From Callorhinchus milii (lineage: Eukaryota), in assembly GCF_018977255.1 (NCBI RefSeq), contig NW_024704742.1, positions 38,318,001 through 38,382,000 of the forward strand: a DNA stretch of 64,000 nt, in the 5' to 3' direction. This document shows, piece after piece, positions 1 through 13,419 of this stretch; position 1 is the first letter of the stretch, and each line of letters begins with the position of its first letter. Under the pieces are notes generated by a model, which saw nothing but the letters and a program-made list of their open reading frames with translations, was not told the DNA's origin and ran no database searches. Both the position numbers and the translations under genes were made by a program.

Positions 1-1260
1 TAAGGCTGTCTCAGTATTGTGGGCAGCACGGAAACCAGATTGGAGAGGTTCATACAGGTAGTGGCGAGAGAGGAAAAAGCAAAGCTGGGAAGCAACGACT
101 CATTCCAGAACTTCGGAAAGAAAAGGAAGGTTGGACTGGTAGCGAGAGAACAGAGGTGAGTCAAGAGAAGATGCTGGGAACACTCAGCAAGTCAGGCAGC
201 ATCTATAAAGAAAGGAAAGTGAGTCAATGTTTCGGGTCCACTTCATCAGAACTGGGGCATGTTGAGAGGGAGAGGCTTTAAAGGGCTAACAGAGAGGGGA
301 GGCAGGGCAAGGAAGACAAAGGAGAAAATGGGTGATGAAGTCAGAGTGCGAGTGGGAGGGAGAGTTGAAGTGGCAGGAAACCGGAAGCTCAGGATTGTGC
401 TTGCGGACAGAATGGAGGTGTTCGGCAAATCAGTCACCCAATGTCCGTTTTGTCTCCCCAATGTAGAGGAGACCACATCGTGAGCACTCTGACCTCTCCA
501 TCCATAGTCTCCTACGCTGTTCCAATGAGGCACAGCGCAAGCTCGAGGAACAGCACCTCATTTATCTGCTAGGGACCTTACAGCCCTCTGGCCTCAATAT
601 TGATTTCAACAAATTCAGACCATAACAGTTCACTTTCCCCTCCCCCACTTCTATGACCATTACCACATCATCTTGGTCCCAGACACACCTTTTCTCTCTC
701 TGGTCTGCCTATTTTGTTGCAATTAACGCCTCTATTGTCCTGTTTTGTTGCAATTCCCCCTTTTTGTTTTGCATCATTAATACCTCTTTAACCCATCATC
801 CCCTGTCCTCTACCCCATTTTTTCTTTTATCTTCCTTGTCCTGCCTCCCCGCTCTCTGTTAATCCTTAGAAGCCTCTCCCTCCCAACATGCCCCAATTCT
901 GACAAAGAGTCGTGGACCCGAACCGTTAACTCACTTTCCTTTCTCCATAGATGCTACCTGACCTGCTGAGTGTTCCCCACGACTTCTGTTTTTGTTTCAG
1001 ATTTCCAGCATCTGCAATATTTTGTGTTTTGGGTCAAGTGAAGATTTTTTTGAGGGCAGGGGTGATGACAGCTATTTTTAAGCAGGTGGGAACAGTGCCA
1101 GTGGACAGCGAGAGGTTGACAATGTCTGTCAGTAGGGTGTTTAGGACGTGGTGCTGTAAGGTAGAGAGGGGTAGGAATTGGGTCAAGAGAGCAGGTGGTG
1201 GGCTTCATTTGGAATAGATGGAGGTGAGAGAAGAGGGGGAGCCAGTCACCACGCTTGAGA
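1..1260 (-). mobile_element. Old L2 LINE RT-region fragment split by the Penelope-like insertion (pieces ~1-172 and ~1030-1260)
   Basis: Both pieces are colinear with the L2 region [13 protein letters not shown]...[14 protein letters not shown] seen intact in ORF 46721..48784. Confidence 0.8.
173..1029. mobile_element. Penelope-like element (PLE) fragment with inverted arms, GIY-YIG endonuclease remnant and hammerhead relics
   Basis: Minus 480-340 reads RCGLLYIGETKRTLGD*FAEHL...CHFNSPSHSHSD. Plus 485-625 reads HSDLS...RKLEEQHLIYLLGTLQPSGLNIDFNKFRP*. Terminal segments ~173-340 and ~800-980 are inverted copies of each other. Confidence 0.85.
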
Positions 1261-2879
1261 GTAATTAGTATAAAGCACTTTGCTGGCCACAGCACAGAAC
1301 CAACTTTGGTCAAAGTGATAGATGACATTTTATCCATCTACAACCAGGGCTCCCTCGTCCTCCTTGACCTCACTACTGCCTTCGATACCGTTGATGGCTG
1401 ATCATCTTTCTGATGCAACTTTACTTCCGTTACAAGCATGTAATTAAAAGATGATTATTTTTAGAGATTGCCACATGATAGACTCCTGTCCTCTTCTCCC
1501 AATGGTGTTAATCAGAAACAGACTTTAAGGAAAAATCAAATAAAGCATATGTGGAAATATACAAGTTGTTAAGCAGCATGTGAAAGGGTGAGGCAGATCA
1601 CCATAAAATGGGGCACACCCAGATTCTTTATTGTCTGTTTGTTCTGCTCTACGTTTTCAGCCTGCTCTGGTTTTGTTATGGAACAGTGATTGAATTTTAA
1701 TGGTTCGTTTTACTAGTCTAACTCTTAACGTATTTACACAGAATTGCTGTAATGCTTGGGTGACTCAGCGTTCAACAACAGTACAGTACTTTGTTTAAGG
1801 TACTTTAAGATAACAGGTCTGTTCCTCACCCCACCCATTATTCATGTCTGACAAAGAATAACCTTTGACAGAGACACGGGTTGTCAGGACTGTGGGTCAC
1901 CCAAGATTCTTATTGATTGTGTTAATGTACATAGATTTTTCTTTGAGTTAGAACTAACCACAAGTTCACTTCAATGTAATAGGGATTATTTTTGGTCAGA
2001 CATGCAGAAACCCTTCTCCATGTTTAACAGTATCTCAGACAGACTGAGTTTCCCGCGTAGCTCTGGCTATTAAACTCATTTGTATGGCTCCAACTGCTGC
2101 CTCAGGTGAAATCAGTCAACCCATCCTGAGGTACATACTGTCCCTCATCTCTATTACTGTTACTGATTAGATAATCTTTTTGAATTACCAGAGCAGTCAA
2201 AATATATTTTTTGAAAGAAGCAACAACTACAAATGAAAATTGGCACAAGACTATCCCTTGGAAGAAACCCACCGTTGACGGCTGATCATCTTTCAGATGC
2301 AACTTTACTTCCGTTATAAGCATGTAATGAAAAGATGGTTATTTTTAGAGATTGCACATGATAAACTCCTGCCCCCTTCTCCCAATGGTGTTAATTTCAT
2401 GTTAATACAAGTTTGCCACACAGTATTATAATTCCAATTCAGCCACATTTACATTACATCATCCATTTCCAAGGCCTGAATTCCTTCAGGGTCTTAGCCT
2501 TAAGATTTGTCTTTTAAAAAACATTGTTGGGTCAGTCAGATATCTAAGCCAGATTCAGAGCTCCATACAATTATACTGCTAACACATGGACATTTTCCTG
2601 TGTCTGGAATGAAATGTGCACATTCTCCCAGGAAGGATGCACCCCATTTACCATATCCAGAAAGTATAAAGGGCAAGTTAGAAAGAACCAAAGTTTGGGG
2701 ACTACAGCATGCACTGAGTGGAGTTTAACCAGCTGGAGTTGAATCAGCTAAAACAGCATAGCTTGCCTTTGCAAGTACTGTCCAGCAAGTTTACTGCTGC
2801 TTGTCCAGCTAAGACCACTCTATCCATTAGGCTTGAGTTTGCAGGGTTAAAAGGAGCTGAGTGAGAATAGATCAATATA

Positions 2880-4310
2880 AGTAGGGGGGAGGGGTAGTGT
2901 AGGGGTGAGGGAAGGCAGAGAGGTGGGAGGGCGACCAAAGGCACGGTTGAAGAGAAGGGTCTTGAGACCAGCTTTGAAGGAGGCGAGGGAGGAAGCGAGG
3001 TGAAGGGACCATGGGATGGAGTTCCAGAGTGTGGGGGCAGATAGGCTGAAAGCCCGGGCACCGATGGCAGGGCGGGTCGGGCGGGAGACATGGAGCAGAC
3101 CGGACCTCGCTGAGTGGAGGGAGCGGGCAGGTTGGTTGGGAGTCAGCAGGTCAGAGAGGTAGGAGGGGGCAAGGCCATGGACGGCCTTGAAAGTGAGGAC
3201 GAGGAACTTGAACTGGGGGATGGGGAGACAGTGGAGTCAGGCGAGGGTGGGAGTGATGGGGTCACGGAGCCTGGTGCGTGAGAGTACACGAGCTGCACAG
3301 TTTTGGATGATCTGCAGCTTGTGAAGGGAAGAGTTGGGAAGGCTGATGAGGAAGGAGTTCCAGTAGTCGAGCCTTGAGGTGACGAATGCGTGGGTGAGGG
3401 TTTCAGCAGCCTGAGGTGTGAGGCAGTGGCGGAGTCTGTCAATGTTGCGGAGGTGGTGGTAGGCAGTGCCGGTCATGGCGCGGATGTGAGGGAGAAAGGA
3501 CAGTTCAGGGTCAAACAAGATATCCAGGTTCCTGACTGGCTTAGTGAGGTTGAGTGTGCAGCCGTGGAGGCTGATGCTGCCAGTGCCCAAGGTGCGGTGG
3601 CGTTGGCGCGAGCCAATCAGGAGGACCTCGGTCTTGCTGACGTTGAGTTGGAGAAAGTTGGCCCTCGTCCAGGACTTGATGTCGGACAGGCAGTCGGTCA
3701 GGATGCCAGTAGTCCTGGAGTTGAGGGTGGAGACAGAGCGGTAGAGTTGGGTGTCACCCGCATACATGTGGAAATTTACCCCATGTCTGCGAATGATGTC
3801 ACCAAGGGGGAGCATGTAGAGGGTGAAGAGGAGGGGCCCGAGACAGAGCTCTGAGGAACACAGCACAAAACGGTGTGGGGGCTGGAGGAGAGGCCGTTTG
3901 CTGCGACAAAGTGGAGGCGGTGTGAAAGGTAGAACCTGAACCAGTCAAGGACAGAACCTTGAAGGTTAAGGTGGGAGGTGAGGTGGTGGAGGAGGATTGA
4001 ATGGTCCAAGGTGTCAAAGGCAACGGAGAGCTCGAGGAGGACGAGGAGACAGAGGGAGCCCTGGTCGCACATGGTCAGGATGTCATTCGTGACCTTGTGG
4101 GCAGCACAGAAATCTGATTGCGGGGGGTTCATGGAGGGAGTGGGAGGAGAGGAAAGAGCGAAGCTGGGAGGCACCGGCTCTCTCAAGGACCTTGGATAGG
4201 AAAGGTAGGTTTGAGATGGGCCGGTAACCGGATAGCTGTGATGGGTCGAGGGAAGGTTTCTTCAAGGTGGGGGTGATAATGGCTGCTTTGAGGGGGGAAG
4301 GAACACCACC
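2880..4310 (-). mobile_element. L2 LINE, 5'-truncated and decayed (RT and C-terminal region)
   Basis: ORFs 3237..3866 ([10 protein letters not shown]...[11 protein letters not shown]), 3776..4186 and 4083..4265 are frameshifted RT pieces. Confidence 0.9.
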
Positions 4311-4732
4311 ATCCTCTTGCTCACATCCCGGCTACCGATCACAATCTATTGAGCAATGTTTCCATGCTAGCTGTGAGGAGCTGTACTACTGTCCACTAAT
4401 CAAGGAAGATACTAAACACTGAATATAGGAGTGAGCAGATGTTCCTGAATTCACGATTGTGCAGAATTTTAGAAAATTCTTAAATTCAGCCTACATTTGG
4501 AAGGAGGTCTGTTTTAGTAACAATGCAAAATGACTTTTTAAGATTTTTTAAAAAAATTCAGCATATTCTCAAATTTCAAAACAATTGTTTTAGATCTAAG
4601 AGCAGATGGTATTGTTCTATCCCATTAAAATATGGTGCTCTGGGTCCAACGTCTCAGCAGCTGATGCAAAAGCAAAGCACAAAAAAAAGCTGTCTTGAGA
4701 TCATTGCTAATATCATTTCCTGTGCGTTGTGT

Positions 4733-5384
4733 GGAGTCCCGTATCGAAGGGATTAGCGAGCTCGCCTTGCAAGCAAAAGGACGCGGGTTTGATTCTCGAG
4801 CAAGACAAAACCTTAGGCAAATTTCCTTACTTTACCTGCTTCTACATCTAGTTGTTAGTTGATTAGCTGATCGCTTACTGGGGGTAATAATCTCTCCCCC
4901 CCGAAAAAAAAATGGTCACTTAATCCACGACTGTTTGTGGGACACTGCTGTGTGCAATTAGCTGCTGCGTTTTGCCCATAATCAATCCAGTTTACAGTAT
5001 AATAATAATAATCCTTGAATTTAATATAGCGCCTTATAAAGTCGTTGTGACGTCTCAAAAAGCTTCACAGAATATACTGTAAAGTGAATTAACTGTATTC
5101 TGTGGGTGAAGAACAGCACCCAATTGCGCACAGCAATGTCCCACAAACAGTCGTTGATTGAGTGACCACATTTTTAAAAACTTTAAAACCGGGTTCCTAC
5201 TTACTACTAGGTAAACAGAGGCATGTGGAGTAAGGAAACTTGCCTAGAACCCGGGTCCTCTCACTTGCAAGGTGAATGCACTAACCACTATGCTACAGAA
5301 TTCCACTATACTATATATTCTGCAAAACGCTTTGAGATGTCTCAACGACGTGCTAAGGCTATATCAAATGCAAGGATTATTATT
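4733..5384 (+). mobile_element. tRNA-derived SINE interrupted by an antisense copy of the same family (inner copy 5001-5305, minus)
   Basis: Outer head and body 4733-5000, tail resumes ~5311-5384; inner copy has an (AAT)n tail at 5001 and tRNA head ending ~5305. Confidence 0.8.
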
Positions 5385-6586
5385 GTGTATGTGCAAAGTG
5401 AGACTTGTGGCACTTTCTGGTCATAATGAGTGCGCAACCTGACAATTTGCAAGTTAGCAACAAGTTAGCGAACAAACTTGATTCACACAGTAACTTTGGG
5501 GATTAAAAACAGATATGAGTTGAGGACAATACTGTAGCCTCAATTTTAAGCAATCCAAGGCATTACTTTATACGAAGGGCATTATATAAATGTAGTTGCT
5601 GTTGTACTATCAAAAAATATTAACTCTCACTGTCTGGGCTCACAGACTTTTCTAATCACTTTTCTAACTTAATTGTCTCCAATATGTAGTTTATTCCCTT
5701 ATGCTGCCCCACCCAGCTCAGCCTTTCACACTTGTGGTCTCTGTAAAGTGCTGAAAAACATGATCCTATATTAAAGTGTAATATAAGTGTAAATTGTGGT
5801 TGTTTTTACTCAGCTCCGGTTGTGGATGACACTGGCAGGGCCAGGATTTATTTACCATTCCTGTAAACTGCTGCATTCCTGGAAGTGAAGCGGCTTTGCT
5901 CCCACAATAGTGGTGGGTGGGGAGTTGGAGGATTTTAATACTGAGTGGATGCATGAGTGATTCGGAGATAATGAATTCCTATGAGACTCGTGTTGTTTAG
6001 AGACCAAATAGTTTATCTTGAGTTAATACTGTACCAACAGAAAGTCAAGTCCAGACTTGAGCCAATGCATTACGTGACCAGTAAAACCAAACCACTTTGG
6101 TAATGAAGTCCTTAGATTGCAACATAAACTAATTTAGATTGTAGCATATTGATATGCCTGTGCGTGGCAGGATATGTGCGTATGCACATTTGGGTGGGGC
6201 ACACAGTATCTTCATTTGTTATTGCGGAAGAGATCCATTTTGTGGTTAAGAGGTCAAAGTCTCTAATAGTTCAACATATTATTGATGTCTATAAAATGCT
6301 TCATACTTCACTTTCTTTACAGAATGCATTTCTTTACAGAATGCAAAGGCTCTGCTTATTGTGTTGCAAGCAGCCAAGAATGTCGAGGTTATTCACCTAA
6401 TTCACTGAGGTGTAACGTTTTTGCTTATGACACACCTGGCGACAATAAAATGGTACAATAAGGTCGAGTCTTCAGTTCTTTTTTTAAAAAAATTCTGAAT
6501 TCCACTTTATAAAGCACAACATCATTTCATTGCATTTATTCATAAACAATTAATGCACTCGGAACTGTTTCCAATCGATATTCAAT

Positions 6587-6946
6587 TCTGTAGCTCAGTG
6601 GTTAGAGCACTCGCCTTGCAAGTGAGAGACCTGGGTTTGATTCCCAGTGGCGCAAAACGTTGGGGAAAGCTTCCTTACTCCACATGCCTCTGTTTACCTA
6701 GCCGTAAGTAGGAACCTGGTCGTTAGTCAATTGGTGGACGGATCCCTTTTTACTGGGGTTAATAATTCCTTCAAAAAAAGTCACTCAATCCACAACTGTT
6801 TGTGGGACACTGCTGTGTGCAATTGGCTGCCGCGTTTCGCCCACAAATTATACAGTCAATTCACTTTACAGTATATTCTGTGAAGCGCTTTGAGACGTCT
6901 CGAAGACGTGACAAGACATTATATCAAATGCAAGGATTATTATTAT
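6587..6946 (+). mobile_element. Young tRNA(Ala-like)-head SINE, full length
   Basis: A box TAGCTCAGTGG, B box GGTTTGATTCC, shared body, L2-like stem-loop tail ending in (ATT)n. Confidence 0.88.
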
Positions 6947-7009
6947 CAATTTACTGTGGATATATTCTGAAAATATGTTTCCTGTTGATAGTCAATTCTC
7001 TGTAAAGAT

Positions 7010-7690
7010 ATCATAGAATATTACAGAAGAGAAAGAGGCTATTTGGCCCATCGTGCCTGTGCCAGCTCTTTGGAAGTGCTACACTATCAGTCCCACTCCC
7101 CCACTCTTTCCTTTTCCTTTTTTTTCCATGTTTTTCTTTTTCAAGTAGCTACCCAATTCTCTTTTGAAAGTTGTTAGCGAACCTGTTTGCACCACCCTTT
7201 CAAGCAGTGCATTCCAGACTAACAACTCTCTGTGTAAAAATGTTTCTTCTCAGCTCCCCTCTGGTTCTTTTGCAAATTATCTTGAATCTATGTCTCTTGG
7301 TTAACGACCCACCTGCCAGTGGAAACAGTTTCTCCCTATCTATTTTATCAAAACCCCTCATAATTTTAAACATCTCTATTAAATCACCCCTTAATCTTGT
7401 CTACTCTATGGAGAACAATTTCAGCTTCTCTAGTCCCTCCACATAACTAAAGTCCCTCATCCCTGCTACCATTCTGATAAGTCTCCTCTGCACCCTTTCC
7501 AAGGCCTTGAGATCCTTCTTAAACTGTGATGCCCAGAATCGGACAAAATACTCCAGCTGAGGCCTAACCGGTAATTTATTAAGATATAACAGAACTTCCT
7601 TCCTTTTGACGATATGGTTCTATTTATAAACCCAAGGATCCCACATGCTTTTTTTTACAGCTCTATCAACCTGTCCTGACACCTTCAAAG
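7010..7690 (-). mobile_element. CR1 LINE 3' fragment
   Basis: ATTCTAT-type 3' terminus at ~7011-7020 and CR1-like C-terminal/3'UTR sequence recognised by eye. Confidence 0.7.
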
Positions 7691-8289
7691 ACCTTCATAT
7701 ATTCTGAAAACAAATAGAACAAGACCTTTGTCTTATGTTCTAAATCTGATTTTGAAACCAATGTGTATATTTCTAGATTTGTGACTTCAAATTTACAACA
7801 GCAGCAATTTGCATTGATATAGCACCTCTCACAGGAAGTAAAAGTGGCCTGTACCAGAACAGTGTGTAGGAATATTCTGATGGTACCGAGCAAAGTATAT
7901 TGTATGAATAAGTCTCTGACATCTGTTTGCCTGTGTATCTTTGTGGTTTTCTCTCCCTCATTTGCTGTCTCTGCCCCACTCTATCGCTATCCTATCTCCC
8001 TCTGTTGGTTGCACACAGCTTGTATGTGCACCACTCTGTACAGCCTATCTCTCTCTCTTCCTTTTGTAAGTGTTCATCTGTGAGTCTTTCCTTCTCTTTG
8101 TTTCAACATTGTCCATCAAAAACTGTACTACCCTGTTCTGCTGTCTCAGTGCGTTCTAAAGTATTATTTTGGTTACATTTATTTCCTCAGTTGCATATAA
8201 AATTGTGTATACCTCTGTAAGTTCCCATCTGAGACATTTTCTTTCATAATGAAGATCCCTAACTTTTCTAATTGTTACTCACAGCTCAC

Positions 8290-8650
8290 TCCAACCTTGA
8301 TGAGGGCTCCCTCTGTCTCCTCGTCCTCCTCGACCTCTCTGCTGTTTGATACCGTGGACTACTCTATCCTCCTCCACAGGTCTCCTTTCACTTTAACCTT
8401 CAAAGTTCTGTCCTTGAATGGTTCAGATCCTATCTATCATATTCGCTCCACAAATGGCTTCTCCTCCAGGCTCCGCACTGTTCCGCATGGTGTCCCTCAG
8501 GGCTCTGTCTTCCGTCCTCTCCTCTTCAACCTGTACATATTCCCTCTTGGTGACATCATCTGGAGACATGGAGTCAACTTCCACATGTATGCGGATGACT
8601 CCCAACTCCATCTCTCTGCCTCCACCCTTGACCCCAGGATCACTGACTGT
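8290..8650 (+). mobile_element. L2 RT fragment
   Basis: ORF 8249..8680 contains GVPQGSV..PLLFNLY and [10 protein letters not shown]. Confidence 0.88.
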
Positions 8651-11528
8651 TCAGGGCTTTTGGATGCCCTCCCAACATGAAAGTCGCTTTACAAACCTAT
8701 TTCCTATATGCATTTATGGGTAATAAGCTTCATTTGCCAGTCATAAACTCATATGCATACTGTTTTGAGCTCCCTTTGTAAGACTTTTACTGCCTCTTCT
8801 GATTCCAGTTACCCCCAACTTGCTGGCTTCTGAAAATGTATACATCAATGGCCTTAAACTTGGTTATTTATGTATGCAAGGAAAAGGAAGGATCTCAATA
8901 CATGGATAATACCTCCCCCATTATGATCTAGCTCTCCCTGGCTTCTTTCCCTTCAGCCAATTTTAAGTCCACGTCTTGCTCTCGATCAGCAACTCAGTTT
9001 GTGAAGGAGTCTTTCATGGGGTACTTTGTCAAATACCTTTTGGAAGAATAGATATACTATATCATATGGCTTCCCAGAGTCAATTTCGGACATCACCTCC
9101 TCAAACGTATCAATGATATGGTTTAGACAACCAGTAAATGGAAAATAAAAAAAGCATTTAGAATTTTTTTTTAGGAAAAACTTATTTTAAATGTTTGGAA
9201 TACCCTACCTGGTAATTACAAGGTAATCAAGACAAACCCATTGTGGGTATTCAAAGTATTGGACAACTACTTATTGATAGTTAATGTAAGACCTTTGATG
9301 GGTTGAATGGGTCTTTTCTTAAACCTGGTTTGTCTTGGCTTTTTCTGGGTTAATAAAAGTTGGACCTTACAATGACTAAATGGAGATTGATTTCCAAATA
9401 TGGAGAAGAAATTCCTCTTACTGGTGAAGGTGAAGCTCATTTTTTATTGGTCAGCTGGTTGTTTGATAGGTACAGAAACCCATCACCATGTTTAAGAGGA
9501 TCCAAACCAGGCTGAAGGTTCTGCATAATTAAGCCACTTACACACGGAAATTTCCCTATGTCTGGAATGTACACACATTCTCTCCATGGAGGGACACATC
9601 TTGCTTAACTAATTATGATAATATAATAACAACTCTTGCATTTGATGTAGCACCTTATCATTTTGTCAAGACAACTCAAAGAGCTTCACAGGGTATACTG
9701 TAAAGAGTAACTGTGTGTAATTTGTGGGCAAATTATGGAGCTTAGTTTGGCAAGAACCAAGGTTTGGGGACACCAAAATATGCATTAGGGTACTGCGGGA
9801 GTGTCACCAGCTAAACCACACAGCTTGCCGTTGAGAACATAATCCAGAAATGTTCCCAAGCTTCTTGTCCATCTAGATGCAACCTACCTATTAGGGCTCA
9901 GCTTGTAGGGTAACAGGAGTCAAAATGGAAGAATCTCTACTCCCAATCCAAATCAGCTTTAAATATTTTCCTCTGATAATCTACTGTATTATCTTCTAAT
10001 TGTGCCAAGCCTTTCTTCATTCCCACAAAATTTTCAAATTTCCAAACCGATACACCTTTATCCAATTTGACCACAAATCCTATAATGGTCTCCATTTCCT
10101 AAATGTTCTCCTGCATTCAAGTTAATCACCTGCCCTGGCTCATTCCCCAGCAATGCCTTGTTTTTTCCAGTGGCTATCTTAACATACTGTTCTAAGTAAT
10201 ACTCTTTAATAAAATCTAAAAGACAATCCCCATTCTAGTCCTAGATTTGTCTTTTCCCAGTCAAGCAGGGGATAATTAGGGCATTCCAGATCTTGTTTCT
10301 TCCATATTTAGGGAGAGGGAAGCAATTATTCACATCGTTATAAAATAATGAAATTTGGATTAAAAAAGGCCCTTCTGCCCATTTGATCATCCTTATAGAA
10401 TACCAATTCACCACTCAATCAACCCCGGCCCATCATTTGCCCTTATCGAATGGGGGATTGTTCAAATGGGCCAAAGGGCCTCTGTTTCCTTCCATTCAAC
10501 CAGTTACGGTCCATGTGTTTGTTTGGTAATTATTTTGATACCCACTGGCACCAGTTCGTATGGAGTCTATTGCATGGTACTCCTTCAGAGGCTTTTAGGA
10601 AGTACAGCTATATTAGGTTGCATGGCTTCTCACGGTCAATTTGGGATCCATAAAAAAGGATGTTTGGTCAAGCCAACCTCCAAACCTGTGTTGACTCTGA
10701 TCTTTTAGATTATTTCACTCAGGAACTCTGCCATTCTATTTCTGATTATCGATTTTTTAGTTTTCCAATGATGAGGTTGGACTAATTTGTCTGTAATTTC
10801 TCAGGTGTGGCTCCACCTCCCTTCTTGAATATCAGAACCACATTTGTGTAGATTTATATTTTTAAAATTTCATAGCAAACTTTCCAATCTTGAAAGACCT
10901 TAGCAGTGTGTACATAATGGGAAAAATCCAATATACATATAGTTAAATAGATAACCCCAAATGCCTTGAATTAATTACAATGATAATGTACTTGAATCAA
11001 ATACTTGGTTATAGCACCATCCTGTGGTTGTAATAGAGACAATTTTCTGTTAATTTTGCAATACATTATTTTATTGAATTGGGTCTCAACTTTCAACATA
11101 TTTTCCCAACTCCAGAATTTGGGTTCAAATCTCTGTTAGTTGTAAGGATCTTAAGTTAAATGAATGTAGGCAGTCTTAACTCTCTCCCACAGCAATAAGA
11201 TGCCAGTAATTAAATTTGAACATGTCTGGAAGGGGAAACAAATGTTACAGTGGCGCAGGAGTCTTCTGGGATGAGAGAGCTTCAGAAGATGCAGAAAGAA
11301 CATTACAATGCATCTAATTTGTATTGATCTGCCAATGTGTTAAGTGGGAACATGAACATCACTCGCCTCGAAGAGCACAGAATTCAACCCATCTTTTTTA
11401 TTATTTTTTAAAAAACCTGTAAAAGCAAAACAATTATTTTGCTTATAGCAACGGTAAAGTATTTTCCAATACAATTCACTCTAAAGAGCACATTGTGAAA
11501 GCAATATCGCTCTCTGCTTTAAGAAGCG

Positions 11529-11538
11529 TTTATTTATT
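11529..11538 (-). terminator. COPS4 polyadenylation signal (overlapping AATAAATAAA)
   Basis: Two overlapping AATAAA hexamers on the minus strand about 450 nt after the stop codon. Confidence 0.65.
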
Positions 11539-11984
11539 GAATGACAAGTTGTGGTAGAAGTATACGCTTGCTCTGCTTTTCTCTGGAGTAAACAACCAGA
11601 CTGGTTTTCTTTGATAGATTATAGGGTCAAAAAGTAGTTTCACAACTTTCTAATTATTTAACAGCAAACTGAGTTACAGTCCTTGGGACTCAACACTAAG
11701 GAACCAAACTCACAGAAGACATATCTGGCCGAACCAGAAACTCCTCAAACTGTGTCCGTGGTGCAATGCTTGATCCAGTGTTATTGAAGATCGAGGGGGA
11801 ATGGTGAAATAAAATACACCCCCCCCTTTAGTGCAGTGAAATGCACACATGGTGAAAATTTCTGGAATTTTTTTTAAATAACCACAAATTCAAAACAAAG
11901 TTCTTGAAGAAACCATTTGAATATTTTAAATAGGGGCAGCTGAATCTGCTGGTGGCTGTGATACCAGCAATCTGGTTCACGGTG

Positions 11985-12510
<526 letters not shown>

Positions 12511-13419
12511 TAATTAATTCAAAGAATCCGAAAAATGGCATAGAGCCCCACATACTAAGCAATAAGAAGGCGACAGGCCAACAATACTCAAACTGGGTGG
12601 AATCATTGATAATAGTTGCAACATACAGTGGAGGTCAAACAATAGAAAATTTAACCCAAGCTTCCAGACTATTTAGTCAATACTCCAGGAGCCTGCCCTC
12701 CTATATTGAGAATGGCCCAATGGTTTCCCAGCATGAGCTTGTACCATCAAAAGAATAAGGTATGGAGAGGCACGCCCCCACACTAATCTTTGTTATGTGT
12801 AACTTATTAGGATAAAAAAATCTGTTCTCTACAGTAAAACCTTTCCATATGATTTTAGCATTTCTCTACCCCATCACCCTCCCCCCCTCCCCTCCCCCAC
12901 ACACACCCAGTAAAGGAAACACAAGCATATACAAATCAGCCTCTATTCTGGATGTGAGGTGTGGTCAAGATCTTGTATCAGACCATTGCTGCTCAGTGAC
13001 TAGCATTTGATATGTCTAAGAATATCTAAATACAGTACTTTACGCAATGCATTACTGAAGTGATTTGTTATGTAGACAAATGTGGGAGCTAGTCTGTGCC
13101 AACAATGGGATGATATCTCAGTGATTTCCTGATGTACTAAATTGGGTGGGTTGGCAAACAGAGAATGTGTACAAGGTTTTAAGAGGGTTTTGATATACTC
13201 GATAAATGGTCAGGTTTAATGCTAATAAATATGAGGTATTGTAATTCACAAAAATATAGTTAGGATTTATAGCCTGAAGGGTAAAATATTCAATGGAGTA
13301 GAGGTGCAGAGAGATTTGGGAGTAAAATATATAAATCACTAAAAGTAGGAAGCAGATTAAATAGGGGTTTTGAATATATAAGGAGAGAAATCATTTGAAT
13401 AGGACATTGGTTACAATAC

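Noticed and set aside
6587..6650. tRNA-like sequences with A and B boxes (also ~33010-33071, ~37890-37948, ~45900-45960, ~52961-53020)
   Set aside because: They are SINE heads, each followed by the SINE body and tail; no proper acceptor stem
11013..11028. CTCF-like motif (CCACAGGATGGTGCT, minus strand) just past the COPS4 3' end
   Set aside because: Several mismatches in the core; cannot be supported without a PWM scan or ChIP
1300..11500. Exons of a downstream neighbour such as PLAC8, expected from human synteny
   Set aside because: No Cys-rich PLAC8-like or other convincing coding exon found by eye; the region looks like repeats and intergenic DNA
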